A stretch of 64,000 bases of DNA, from NCBI GenBank assembly GCA_020137815.1, contig CM035360.1, positions 1,860,001 to 1,924,000 of the forward strand, written 5' to 3'. The translations under genes were made by a program, and so were the position numbers. Under the pieces are notes generated by a model. That model had not been told where the DNA came from. It did no database searches and saw only the letters and a list, made by a program, of their open reading frames with translations. This stretch comes from Hormiphora californensis (taxonomy: Eukaryota; Animalia; Ctenophora). Of this stretch, positions 50,598-64,000 are shown piece after piece (positions within the stretch are counted from its first letter, which is position 1; each line of letters starts with the position of its first letter).

Positions 50598-52629
50598 GCT
50601 AGAGATTGCAGGGATCAGGGATCAAGCCATGGGAGGTTTGCACGTGCAGATTCTTGAGTTACCCTGACACCCGTGCATCTATAGACACTGTCGGCATTAG
50701 TTTCCTGATGCACTGACGGCCGGCCCCTGTGATAGACTACTACTTTTTCAGCAGCCTGACCGCTGTTTATACACGAAAATGCAAATGTATATTTTGTATA
50801 AAATTGTACTCTCGTGCGCGTGATAACTCAGTAATGAGTCATCGCGCGTTCCGTTTACATTACTTAGCTAGTAAGATCAAAGAAGTGACGGTCTGTTGGA
50901 GACGACCCGATCTAAAGTCCGTTTCAAGCGACTTGACCCGTAATTCTTGGAATTTGGCGCATTGCGCGTGTATTTACAAAGGGGAAATCCTGAATTTCCA
51001 GGAATCTCAGGTCAAGTCGTTTGAAACGCACTTTATATGAACTATGAACGTTTGTAGACTGGCGCGTTATGAAGTTGGCTGTTCCCAGCGCGAGCTGGGG
51101 ACAGCCAACTGGAGTTTAATCGCCCGGCAGGGCGATTAAACTGGTTTAAATCCCGACGCCGATCCCGAGGCGCTAGCCGAGGCTAGGGTTCTCTTTTTAG
51201 AAGACGATAAAATTTCGAAAAAGAGCCCCCTAGGATGTTTAGATAACATGTTCTAGAGTGACAAAATGCCCGGAAGTAAGAGAGAAGTGTGTCATGGAAT
51301 TAGCGCGGAGCCCGCGGAAGTTTGCGAAAGAATAAGATGAAAAGCGGAAATTTGCGATAATTTTCGACAAATATTTAACCTTTGCGTAGAAAGTGCTAAC
51401 AATTTGGGCGCGCAAACTTTTCATAGAAAGAACACGCTTGGATTGCGCGCGCGTTGTTTTTAACCTTTTCCCCCGTCGACACTCGACTAAAAAGCCGGAC
51501 CATAACCGTTCGTTACGAATTAAATACAAGTTATCTTAGTTGTCAAAGATAAAAATGTACAATATTGATGACAATTTAATATGTCACAAATAACCAGCAA
51601 AACGGTGTCACCTGAATAAGTAAATTCATAATAATAATAATAACACTCAAACGAATATCCTGCCCATATTCTACAGGTGCAGCAGAGCTTTACAGATGCT
51701 GCCACTGAAAGAAACTCAGAGCACTTAACTAAAACTTGAAACACTTTAATAGACTAAACTAAAAAACGGTGGAAAATCCAAGTTATCCGGCTCACATATG
51801 TGGGAAAACATAATAGGCTCATTACACTCAAAAACTCGAAAAAGGCCACAGGTTATATATTACCATTTTCATTTGATCACTCCATAGACACAGATGTTCA
51901 GAGAACAGATTCTGAAAAAACTGGGAAAGCTGAAAAACGGAATAAAATTACACACTCGTGCTTCACTGCAAACTCAAAGAATAAAGCTAAGTTAAAACTT
52001 GTCATGAGGAGGATACAGACTTAAGAACAATACTGCACCAACGAAGAGATGTGTTTTCAGCCGGGTTTTGAAATGAATTAAACAAATAACCGATAAACTT
52101 ATCACACGATATCGCTTGTCATCTCTATTATAATTTGGAGATGAACGTCGAAGTGGTGGTCGTTCGTTCAGTGCGTTTCTACGCGACAGTGCTCCTTCAT
52201 AAAACACTTTATGTGACCAAAGCTGTAAAGCTGTTGCTCACACTTTTGGAACTTCCAGTGGAAGTTTGTTAATATTTTCGAATGAATTTTAAGATGCCAG
52301 TCTTCATGGTTACCAATTCAGTTGCCATGGCAACCGTGTTATTGACGTTGAAAGGGCGAAAAGAACTGCCCGGCGAAGCCGGGTGGGTTGTCAAAAAGCC
52401 CTTACTTGAGGCGCACCCAATGGGTGCGCTAGTATATATATATATATAACACCATGCTTGGCACAACTGCCCATTAAATTGTCAATAAATATCAATGTCA
52501 CTACTCGATTACATTTTAGTTTAGTGTTATCAGACGACAGACGGGATAATCACACCGCTCAAAGAGCCTGGTAGAACCTCAGCTTAGTATCACCAATCAA
52601 CCAACCAACCTGTGGTAATAAAGAATTAG

Positions 52630-55600
52630 GCTGAGAATTTTGCGATATTTTGCGTGTAATCTCAAAGATTTAGGACATTACAGTCGGACCCCGATTTAGT
52701 GGCCCCGATTTAGTGCCCCCGATTTAGTGGCAGGATTTTTTCCCCCGATATAGGAAATAAACATTATTTGACTCCGATTTAGTGGCACCCCGATTTAGTG
52801 GCAGGATTTTTTTCCGGGGATGCCACTAAATCGGGGTCCGACTGTTATACTTACTGGGCAACATATATGGAGATAGACAATTCCTCAGAAGAAATAGATG
52901 ACAATCCTTATCGCCATGATATTCCTCACAACCCGTAGTAATGAAAAATTACGCTGAGCACAGCTGAAATTATTGATTGAGTGTTAATTGAGAAATGAGA
53001 TGATTTGCGTAGAAATGCGAGACTTTTGAGTAATTTTACGAACAAATATTGCGATTTTGCGATGATATGCGTGTAATCTCGGAAGATCTAGGACATTACT
53101 TACTAGGCAACATATGGAGATAGACCATTCCTCAGAAGAAATAGATGACAATCCTTATCGCCATGATATTCCTCACAGCCCGTAGTAATGAAAAATTACG
53201 CTGAGCACAGCTGAAATTATTGATTGAGTGTTAATTGAGAAATGAGATGATTTGCGTAGAAATGCGAGACTTTTGAGTAATTTTACGAACAAATATTGCG
53301 ATTTTGCGATGATATGCGTGTAATCTCGGAAGATCTAGGACATTACTTACTAGGCAACATATGGAGATAGACCATTCCTCAGAAGAAATAGATTACAATC
53401 CTTATCGCCATGATATTCCTCACAGCCCGTAGTAATGAAAAATTACGCTGAGCACAGCTGAAATTATTGATTGAGTGTTAATTGAGAAATGAGATGATTT
53501 GCGTAGAAATGCGAGACTTTTGAGTAATGTTTACGAACAAATATTGCGATTTTGCGATGATATGCGTGTAATCTCGGAAGATCTAGGACATTACTTACTA
53601 GGCAACATATGGAGATAGACCATTCCTCAGAAGAAATAATTGACAATCCTTATCGCCATGATATTCCTCACAGCCCGTAGTAATGAAAAATTACGCTGAG
53701 CACAGCTGAAATTATTGATTGAGTGTTAATTGAGAAATGAGATGATTTGCGTAGAAATGCGAGACTTTTGAGTAATTTTACGAACAAATATTGTGATTTT
53801 GCGATGATATGCGTGTAATCTCGGAAGATCTAGGACATTACTTACTAGGCAACATATGGAGATAGACCATTCCTCAGAAGAAATAGATGACAATCCTTAT
53901 CGCCATGATATTCCTCACAGCCCGTAGTAATGAAAAATTACGCTGAGCACAGCTGAAATTATTGATTAAGAGTGTTAATTGAGAAATGAGATGATTTGCG
54001 TAGAAATGCGAGACTTTTGAGTAATTTTACGAACAAATATTGTGATTTTGCGATGATATGCGTGTAATCTCGGAAGATCTAGGACATTACTTACAGAGTT
54101 GAAGGGTGAGTCGAGCCGTCAGTACGGATTGTAAAATGCTCCACGTCAGTAAAACCTCCCGATTGTGTGTACTCGACCATATCCAGCTGCATATAAAGCT
54201 CCTAGAGCCGATTATTACATTTATCTTAGATGGGGATTCCATTGTGTCTAGAAGTGAAACTGAGGACACCTTTTATCCCAATTATGAGCTCCCCTCCATT
54301 ACCTAGTGTTCCCCTTTTTAGAGGATAGCCATCACGGCAAGAAAAGATAAAGGAGCCCCGAGAGAATATTATGGAACACTGAGTATAGTTGTGCTAAGTG
54401 GAATGGGTCGGTTAAAAGGTGGAAATTAATTCCACGATAAATGTAGAGGTTTTGCTTGGCCGCTCTCTAACCGCAACCCACATGTACATGGCCATAGCAT
54501 AAAACGCAACGATGACATATAAACATTTAATACTCAAATACCTCAACTACTCTCGTAACATGTCAATATCAAGTCCAGAAACAAAGCAAATTTAAGCTCT
54601 TAGTTCGAGCAACCTCACAAAAATAAACATTCCTCCATTTCCCTCGCTCATGTCTTCATTCACCCACACGTGCTTCCCCATACTCCAATGGACCATTCCT
54701 CAGAACAGATAGAAAAAAATTCCAATAGTCAGATAATTCTTCATAACCTGTAAATTTAATGAGAAATTACGCTGAGAATAGAGAATGTGAGGAAAATGCG
54801 ATGTTTTGCGTATAGATGCGAGACATTTGAGTAATTTTACGAACTAGTATCCTAATTTAGCGATATTTTGCGTGTGATTTCGAACATTTAGGACTTTACT
54901 TACTAGGCAACATATAATGGAGATAGTTACATAATAGACCATTCCTCAGAAGAAATAGATTACAATCCTTATCGCCAGGATATTCCTCACAACCCGTAGT
55001 AATGAAAAATTACGCTGAGCACAGCTGAAATTATTGATTGAGAGTATTAATTGAGAAATGAGATGATTTGCGTAGAAATGCGAGACTTTTGAGTAATTTT
55101 ACGAACAAATATTGTGATTTTGCGATGATATGCGTGAAATCTCGAAGATCTAGGACATTACTTACTGGGCAACATATGGAGATAGACCATTCCTCAGAAG
55201 AAATAGATTACAATCCTTATCGTTAGGTTATTTCTCACAACCCGTAGTAATGAAAAATTACGCTGAGCACAGCTGAGAATATTGAATGAGTGTTAATTGA
55301 GAAATGAGATGATTTGCGTAGAAATGCGAGACTTTTGAGTAATTTTACGAACAAATATTGTGATTTTGCGATGATATGCGTGAAATCTCGAAGATCTAGG
55401 ACATTACTTACTGGGCAACATATGGAGATAGACCATTCCTCAGAAGAAATAGATGACAATCCTTATCGCCATGATATTCCTCACAGCCCGTAGTAATGAA
55501 AAATTACGCTGAGCACAGCTGAAATTATTGATTGAGTGTTAATTGAGAAATGAGATGATTTGCGTAGAAATGCGAGACTTTTGAGTAATTTTACGAACAA

Positions 55601-57480
55601 ATATTGTGATTTTGCGATGATATGCGTGTAATCTCGGAAGATCTAGGACATTACTTACTAGGCAACATATGGAGATAGACCATTCCTCAGAAGAAATAGA
55701 TGACAATCCTTATCGCCATGATATTCCTCACAGCCCGTAGTAATGAAAAATTACGCTGAGCACAGCTGAAATTATTGATTGAGTGTTAATTGAGAAATGA
55801 GATGATTTGCGTAGAAATGCGAGACTTTTGAGTAATTTTACGAACAAATATTGCGATTTTGCGATGATATGCGTGTAATCTCGGAAGATCTGGGACATTA
55901 CTTACTAGGCAACATATGGAGATAGACCATTCCTCAGAAGAAATAGATGACAATCCTTATCGCCATGATATTCCTCACAGCCCGTAGTAATGAAAAATTA
56001 CGCTGAGCACAGCTGAAATTATTGATTGAGTGTTAATTGAGAAATGAGATGATTTGCGTAGAAATGCGAGACTTTTGAGTAATTTTACGAACAAATATTG
56101 TGATTTTGCGATGAGATGCGTGTAATCTCGGAAGATCTAGGACATTACTTACTAGGCAACATATGGAGATAGACCATTCCTCAGAAGAAATAGATGACAA
56201 TCCTTATCGCCATGATATTCCTCACAGCCCGTAGTAATGAAAAATTACGCTGAGCACAGCTGAAATTATTGATTGAGTGTTAATTGAGAAATGAGATGAT
56301 TTGCGTAGAAATGCGAGACTTTTGAGTAATGTTACGAACAAATATTGCGATTTTGCGATGATATGCGTGTAATCTCGGAAGATCTAGGACATTACTTACT
56401 AGGCAACATATGGAGATAGACCATTCCTCAGAAGAAATAGATGACAATCCTTATCGCCATGATATTCCTCACAACCCGTAGTAATGAAAAATTACGCTGA
56501 GCACAGCTGAAATTATTGATTGAGAGTGTTAATTGAGAAATGAGATGATTTGCGTAGAAATGCGAGACTTTTGAGTAATTTTACGAACAAATATTGTGAT
56601 TTTGCGATGATATGCGTGAAATCTCGAAGATCTAGGACATTACTTACTGGGCAACATATGGAGATAGACCATTCCTCAGAAGAAATAGATTACAATCCTT
56701 ATCGTCAGGTTATTTCTCACAACCCGTAGTAATGAAAAATTACGCTGAGCACAGCTGAAATTATTGATTGAGAGTGTTAATTGAGAAATGAGATGATTTG
56801 CGTAGAAATGCGAGACTTTTGAGTAATTTTACGAACAAATATTGTGATTTTGCGATGATATGCGTGAAATCTCGAAGATCTAGGACATTACTTACTGGGC
56901 AACATATGGAGATAGACCATTCCTCAGAAGAAATAGATTACAATCCTTATCGTCAGGTTATTTCTCACAACCCGTAGTAATGAAAAATTACGCTGAGCAC
57001 AGCTGAGAATATTGAATGAGTGTTAATTGAGAAATGAGATGATTTGCGTAGAAATGCGAGACTTTTGAGTAATTTTACGAACAAATGTTGTGATTTTGCG
57101 ATGATATGCGTGTAATCTCGGAAGATCTAGGACATTACTTACTAGGCAACATATGGAGATAGACCATTCCTCAGAAGAAATAGATTACAATCCTTATCGC
57201 CATAACATTCCTCACAACCCGTAGTAATGAAAAATTACGCTGAGCACAGCTGAAATTATTGATTGAGTGTTAATTGAGAAATGAGATGATTTGCGTAGAA
57301 ATGCGAGACTTTTGAGTAATTTTACGAACAAATATTGTGATTTTGCGATGATATGCGTGTAATCTCGGAAGATCTAGGACACTACTTACTAGGCAACATA
57401 TGGAGATAGACCATTCCTCAGAAGAAATAGATTACAATCCTTATCGCCATTTAACATTCCTCACAACCCGTAGTAATGAA
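52630..57480. repeat. 247-bp tandem satellite, about 16 units, interrupted by MITE A (52681-52844) and ~600 bp of unrelated sequence (54094-54690)
   Basis: Period measured from aatcctt at 52903, 53150 and 53397. Confidence 0.95.
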
Positions 57481-57655
57481 AACAAATATATCAACTGATC
57501 CCTCCTTTTTCGATAATTAACACCTCTTTATTGGTTGTCACGGCGTGTGCCCCTAGGGTATGGATTTGGATTATGGGAGTTCTTCGAATATTTCTGCGCT
57601 GGCAGGAGCAAAGTGTGTCATTTTCAAGCCGTCATTATATTATATAGGTTCACAA

Positions 57656-60600
57656 TTACCGAGTGTGCGTTATCTTTCGAGAAAACTTCTTGTACCCTGC
57701 CGCTATCGACAAGGCTTCGCCCATCTGTAACTTCAGATTTTGTCCGGGGGTGTTGTCCACGGCAAGTGATGTTACCCTAACATTCCTTTCCACAGCTGCA
57801 GTGTGGCAAGGCATTGGCGCATTGTTTGGAAGGACTGGCGCCTCAGGTATGGGCATCCACGGCTGGTTGTTATCAGATATGTAGACTCGGTACTCGTGGT
57901 ACACCGGTCCCTCACGAATGAAAATGAGGTCCCGTACAGACGTTGCCTTATCGTTCAGTAGGGGTGGCCGGTAAGTAGATAGCCCGGGCTTTCGTTTAAA
58001 GCTGGTGTCCCCTAGTTTTAAAGTTTTGGTGTTGCAACTTATTATTGCGATTTTCGTGGAAAGCGTTCAAAGTTTATCATAGCAATTCGAGCCTTCCCTT
58101 GATCAATCCCAGTTAAGGCCTAAGCCCTACGGGCATATGAAAATGTTTTTTATTTGATTATTTACTGTGTACCTTGAAGAAGATGATCTGGGTGAATAGC
58201 ATGTGCGTTTTTCTTGAGTGAATCCACCAGTTCAGGGTAGTGGTCCCTCACACGCGTTAGCAAATCATAAAAATGTTGTGGTCCGTTTTTTAGCTCCCAT
58301 TTCCTCCTTACCACTAGGTGTGTCTGTAAAGTTGGAAGTTTATCTTAATTGCACAATACTACTTTACTATACTCTACCCCCTACTTTACTCTACCCCCAC
58401 TTACATTGAATCGCCTGTTATACCTCATCAGTAGTCACATCATACCAAAACATTTCAGTTCACTACCCTAAGTATCTATGCCCACCACACACTCTATCAT
58501 CCATTCGGTTGACGACGAATACCAAAGTGATGGTAACTTATTTATAGTACCAATGTAACTCGTGGTTTCATTGGTTATTGTTAAATGAAAGGGTTCAACT
58601 TTACTTACTGGTAGGTAAACAGAGAGAATGTAGTTCACAAATCGGAACATTTCGGGGGTGGTCGCTATAGGGTCTGTTGACATGAAAATTCTCAGTCCTC
58701 GGCTTGCCCTAGTGTACCAACGAACTGAAGAGAGTTTGCCTATCTTCTTCTTGGCCTCTTTGTCAGTGAGATTTCCTGTAAAAAGTAATCTTTTAATATA
58801 TATGACACCACCTAGCGAATGGTATCCTACCTTGTGTACTGAAAAATATATAAAAATTAAAAATCATTAGCGCACAACTTACCATTGCATAACGCTTCCG
58901 CAAGTGAAAAAAGTTGCTTCAAGTCTGAAGACAATTCTAGCTTATTATGCCCCTCAATCATTGGTTTCAGTGCAGTGAAAGCTGGGAACTTCCTTACAGG
59001 TAGCTCCCACACTGCACATCCCAGCTTCTCCCCCAGCTCCCCCTCAAATGTAGTTGGTCCTGGACAACAACTAGTATCAAGATCACAGTTAATTCACAAC
59101 GTGGCAACAAAACTCTGTGTCGGCCTAAAAATACCTTTCGTTGCGAGGAGTATTTTCTCCTGGTGAGAGTTGTCCGGAGTGTACTTCACATGTTTCAGTA
59201 GTACTTCCCCAAGATGAACCAAGCATATGGCACGGATAACCCGACGTTCCAACAACCGTTCCAATAGTGATATCAACGCATCCTGAAAATGATTGATTTA
59301 CATTAAATACAGATTTTACTGGACTCGACCGATTTACCCCCTCCTCTATATATATATATATATGTACTGGGCTTTCAATCTTTCCACATAACCGGATTTA
59401 ACTAAGCAAAATGTGAACTAACTTACCACTCCAACATTACAATTCTCCCCATCAGTTCCAATGACAATTACTAACTCAAAGGACCCGCCTGTCATTTTCA
59501 TAAACTCCCTGAGAGCCTCAAGCTGGTTTTTCGCTGAAGTTTAATTGATATGAAACAAATGAAAAGGGTCGGTGATTCAAAAACAAATCTGGTAGATTTA
59601 AGCGCTTAGAAATTTAAAATACCTGAAGCAGGCCCAAGTATTCTTCCAAAAGATAAATATCGTGACCCAGGCTCGGAGACAATTGTCAAATTTTTGAACT
59701 CCTCATCACATTTTCCATCAATATACAGCCCTTAAAAATGTATTAGTTTTAACAAGTAATAAAAGTCATAACAAAAAATCAGGACCATGGACGCAATTCG
59801 TTCAACATAATTTATAATGAAAATTTCGAGAACTGGTCTTATACATTAGTCATTACATATATACGGTAAGATCAGTACTCGAAATTGTCAACATTACCCA
59901 CCTAATGGACTTCCGACATCAAGAGAATTGAAATGGTTCTGTCGCATTCTAACGGCTGCTAACCGCACCTTTGATTCAGTGACAAGAGGGATGTTATGAG
60001 GGGTGCTTTGGAATGCCTCAGAAACTATCCTTGAAAGGGTGTTGAGGCCTACCGACAGCATCCTACTCAATTGAACTAAATCCTCAAGCTGCAATGTGTT
60101 GTAAGGCCTAGTACTATCCTGGGGAAAAAATTGATAGCTATTTTAATAAGCAGAATAAAGAGATCTGAGCAAGAATTAAATAGGGAGTGGTAGAGCATCG
60201 AGCGCGTCTCTCTGGAGGTCCCTGGTTCAATTCCCGGTCGAACCCAGTATTTTTCGATTTTCTTCCCTATTTAATTCTTGCTCAGATCTCTTTATTCTGA
60301 ATATTCAATTAATCTCTCCTTGACCGAGATCTGCCCGTGTGTGTGTGAAATTCCCCTATATAACCGTTGTACGGAGGGCGTGTGAGTGTGTATCAGCACC
60401 AGAAGGAGATATCAAAATTACTTCCTCTATTTTAATAAGTAAGAGATAATAATTATTTTACCTCGAAACTATCACTTGACGTGTAAATTACAGTCGCCTT
60501 CCTTAGTATCTTGATTGCTCTCTCAGTGTTATCTAAAGGAATAGAAGGTATAAACATGCATCAAATCATACAACACTCCTCTTACTCAAAACACTAAAAC

Positions 60601-60968
60601 TCTATTCAATTAACCGTTCACCTATAGGCTATATCTGACAAAGAACGGGATGGTCATGGTAGCGATAACGGGGCTCGGTAAATATTCTCACCTTGGGTCT
60701 CTCCATCTTGAGAACCTATGGAAATGGAAATATTCCACTGTTCTTCAAGAGATTCAATGACCGAAGCAAACTCTTCGAATCTCAGATCCAACAGCGTGTC
60801 CTTGAGAGCTCTTTGTGGAGTTACTTGCGTTGATATCTCAACTGTACGTGGTCTTTTTGGTGTGGTTAGATCGCTGATAAAAATTGTGGTTGATAAAATG
60901 TAAGGATCTAAGCATTTTTCCCTGCCAAGATGGATGCGAAGCATCCACTCGGATAATAATTTTAGCAC
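57656..60968 (-). pseudogene. Intron-containing hATm-like DDE transposase, disrupted; may extend to ~62510
   Basis: Exonic motifs GLYIDGK..SEPGSRY, IGTDGENCNVG, LERLLERRVIRAICLVH, GPTTFEGELG, RWYTRASRGLRIF, GPQHF, HPDHLL and PCHTAAVERNVR. An ~89-bp insertion at 59095-59183 and frameshifts at ~57980-58110 disrupt it. Confidence 0.75.
60151..60426 (+). mobile_element. tRNA-derived SINE with a 5' inverted duplication and a 13-bp TSD (CTATTTTAATAAG)
   Basis: A box agtggtagagc and B box ggttcaattcc. TSD at 60138-60150 and 60427-60439. 60151-60185 is the reverse complement of 60265-60299. Confidence 0.75.
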
Positions 60969-62527
60969 TTGTGCTAAAACGATTATTCAGGGTTCACAAA
61001 TCTCCGATTTCTTGGAGGTTACTCGCGAGCACGATTTTGCGGAATTCAAACTCTCATTAGCTAATTGAAGGCGGTCAGAACACATACACCTATGAAATTA
61101 AACGCAGAGAAACTCGGCACTATGGACCCATAATGCAGATAATCTTGTTTTATTATATGTTTTAAGGAAAGTGGATAAACATTGTTACTGTTTGGAAAAA
61201 AATTAGTTTTGTATAATGTACAATACAGACTGATCAAAGAGAACATGTACTCGATTATAAATGTATGTACAATAAATATATATATCATATATTTCTACTA
61301 TCCTTTATACCAGGTATCAGTTCAAATATTTCTAAAATATGTACTGGCAGTAATTACATTCCATTACAATTATACCTCGATTTTTCTTGGATCACGCTTT
61401 CGTCACATTGAAAAACAGGTAATGGATCACTGAAGTGAAATTTATTAGTACTTTTCACACCAGGGACATGATTAATTGTTGTGGTATCGATACAAACTAA
61501 AGATAATCTCTGAATGACGAATGGTGATGGAATAAAATCACACCTTATATTCGTAGGAGTAGAGTGCACAATGTTTTTATCCGTGTTTGGGAAGTCGTGT
61601 CCGTCCTCGGGTATGGAACTTTCCAAATCATCATTTGATTTTGACCTAAGTTGATAAATTTAGATCACATAACCGCTCACATGACACCCAACAGTCCACT
61701 GTGTCACCAGAGACAGTGGACTGCTGTGATTACGCATAATGAATACTGTGACTTAATTACGGGCCCTTTTCGCTCGAAAGACGAAATGCATTGACTAGTT
61801 GTTGAAAATCGTAACACCCCGAATATGCTAGCAACAGTATTAGAGAGTTTATATCTAAATGTTATTTAATTTTTTCCTTCATTATTTCTGCGTCACAAAT
61901 AAATCATAAATATCATATGTTATATGACGAGGAGACCCATCGTGTTTGTCACGCAAATTAATAATAACTATTATTATATCTTACTAACATCCCCACGACG
62001 AACGGTTTCACAAACGACTGGAGCTGTTTTTTTCTGTCACTTGTGTCTCTTCTCTTCACTAGTAAATTTGCCCTTTCGTACAGTTTTTTTAACTTCCTGT
62101 GAGTACAAGAATTATTGCATTATTCATTCAATCTGCTAATTTCTACACCCTGAATGATATTTTAGCACACTTGCTAAAGAGACCATCCGGGTGACCTGAG
62201 TTTTATGAGATTGTGACGTGGTTGGCCGACACGACACACTTTGTTTATTTATATTTTAGGGGCCAGTGGGGGGACGGACATTGTTAGTTTAATATCACAA
62301 GACTAACTTACAAACTGATTCTTTTGGCATCGTCTTCCTCGAAGAATAACGAGGCCAACTCCTTCCCTGCTTCTCTATACACTGCTTGAACACCAATCGT
62401 TTTCGATCCTTGGTTCATTCGGAACTTTAACCATCCCAGCACAAGTTTCTCTGATGGCAATTCTACTGTAAAACGTTCAACGGGCGGGAAAAACTTCTCG
62501 AATCCCATGGCTAATGGTGAGCGACGT

Positions 62528-62611
<84 letters not shown>

Positions 62612-62792
62612 GGATCCGTTCGGCCATCTTGTAGCCAGGACGTCACTTTAGTAGCGGGCCCTTGAGTATAGTTTCCGGAAATTGGTTTCCAGGAACGAGG
62701 AAAGAAGAAACTTAAATGCAAGAAATTAATGAAGGAACTTATATGAGATTTAATGAATAGCACCAGTTCACCAGTGCTATTGTCTCTCATAT

Positions 62793-62890
<98 letters not shown>

Positions 62891-64000
62891 GAAGGGGGTG
62901 ATAAAGAGGAAAAGAGAAAGTGTAAGAGGGCTGGTGGTAGGGGTAGTAGTCGAGGGGAAAGATGGGGTAATCACTATAGTCGATTGAAAAAAACACAGTT
63001 CTTGAAATGTAGAATATTTAAAAGCACGAATGCATGGTAGACTACCTACAGCATTGGATTTGACATGATTTAGCTAATTAATTTCTGAGAAACCTCGAGT
63101 TTTCAATCAAATTAACATTTTGAATACATGAAAAAGGAAGAGCTCTACGAAACGAACGATTAATGGGGTAATCACTATAGTCGATTGATAAAAACACAGT
63201 TCTTGAAATGTAGAAGATTTAAAAGCAGTCCCCTGGATTTGACATAATTTAGCTAAATCATTTAGCTAAGTTTTCAATTAAACAGACCATGGCATCACAT
63301 AATAAAAACTTCACCCACGTTTGAATAGAGCCCTACGAAACAATTCTTTACCGGGACAGATAATAGAGCTGGTGGTAGAGGCTGTAGTAACATAGGGGAA
63401 AGATGGGAGAAAACATTCAAGATCTCTTGGCCTTGCTCCGTAGGTTCATCCGTGGTTCAATATTGTTAATTATCCTTAATATTCTTTTACCATTCTCTTT
63501 CTCAAACTTAACCTTCTGTGAACAAAATATAGACGATCACTGCGCTGGCAAGCGCAAAGGTTACCCCCCCCCCCCAAAACGCTGCCAGAAACGTTTTATG
63601 GGTGTTTGGCTGAAAAGCCGGATTTCAGAAGTCTATAGCGTGGCTCTCTTTCATCCATTTGACTTGAAATTTGGAATGCATACCCGGCTCGGGGTCTTTG
63701 ACTTATATTACAAATCTCAAGTCTCTATCTCATCTGGGTCCGGAGTTACAGACTGGACCCATATTTGCTATAGATTCAGTGTAACGGACAGCGTGGCCAA
63801 ATACCTTAGTCGGTGGTTCTCTCGAGGACAGGGGTGAAGCGTCTCCAGTGGCATCTGTCATGGAGGGCAGCAGGGGTGATGTGTGATCTGTCATGGAGGG
63901 CAGCAGGGGTGATGTGTGATCTGGTCCACCATCTTCTGAAGTGAATGAGCGGGGATATTATGAGAGGGAGAAGGATAGCGAGAGAGAGAGAGAGAGAGAG

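Noticed and set aside
52845-57480. 247-bp repeat as a retrozyme or RNA gene array
   Set aside because: No CTGAnGA-stem-GAAA hammerhead core or 5S/SL/snRNA hallmarks seen in the unit
59625-59660. Suspected frameshift in a transposase exon
   Set aside because: Re-reading gives YLSFGRILGPAS in frame with the next exon
60186-60248. tRNA gene
   Set aside because: Has A and B boxes but no 5' acceptor stem or proper anticodon arm, and lies within a TSD-flanked SINE

Overview
Eukaryotic (metazoan) genomic DNA with GT-AG spliceosomal introns. The repeat families and the intronless LDLa-GPCR suggest a ctenophore, probably Pleurobrachia-like; this is recalled, not verified. Layout: (1) 1-12.7 kb is a recent tandem segmental duplication of an LDLa-repeat GPCR plus a convergent rhodopsin-type GPCR, with reciprocal inactivation of the copies. 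Copy 2 carries a 941-bp insertion (2x460 bp + 21 bp, 8-bp TSD) with one type I hammerhead ribozyme per unit, i.e. a retrozyme seen at both its empty and filled site. (2) 14.6-30.2 kb is a multi-exon ERICH3 gene with a nested antisense sulfotransferase. (3) 31.3-34.4 kb is OXA1-like (minus). (4) 34.6-38.2 kb is a near-intact Penelope-like element with hammerheads, followed by a CRE-like fragment. (5) 40.3-49.3 kb is a tight co-oriented cluster COA8 - ThrRS (two in-frame starts, predicted dual mitochondrial/cytosolic) - SELENOF (UGA-Sec plus SECIS), possibly an SL-trans-spliced operon. (6) An orphan intronless 386-aa ORF, a 247-bp satellite and an intron-containing hATm-like transposase pseudogene follow. 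MITEs, a tRNA-derived SINE and microsatellites are scattered throughout. Exon boundaries were read by eye and may be off by a few bases.
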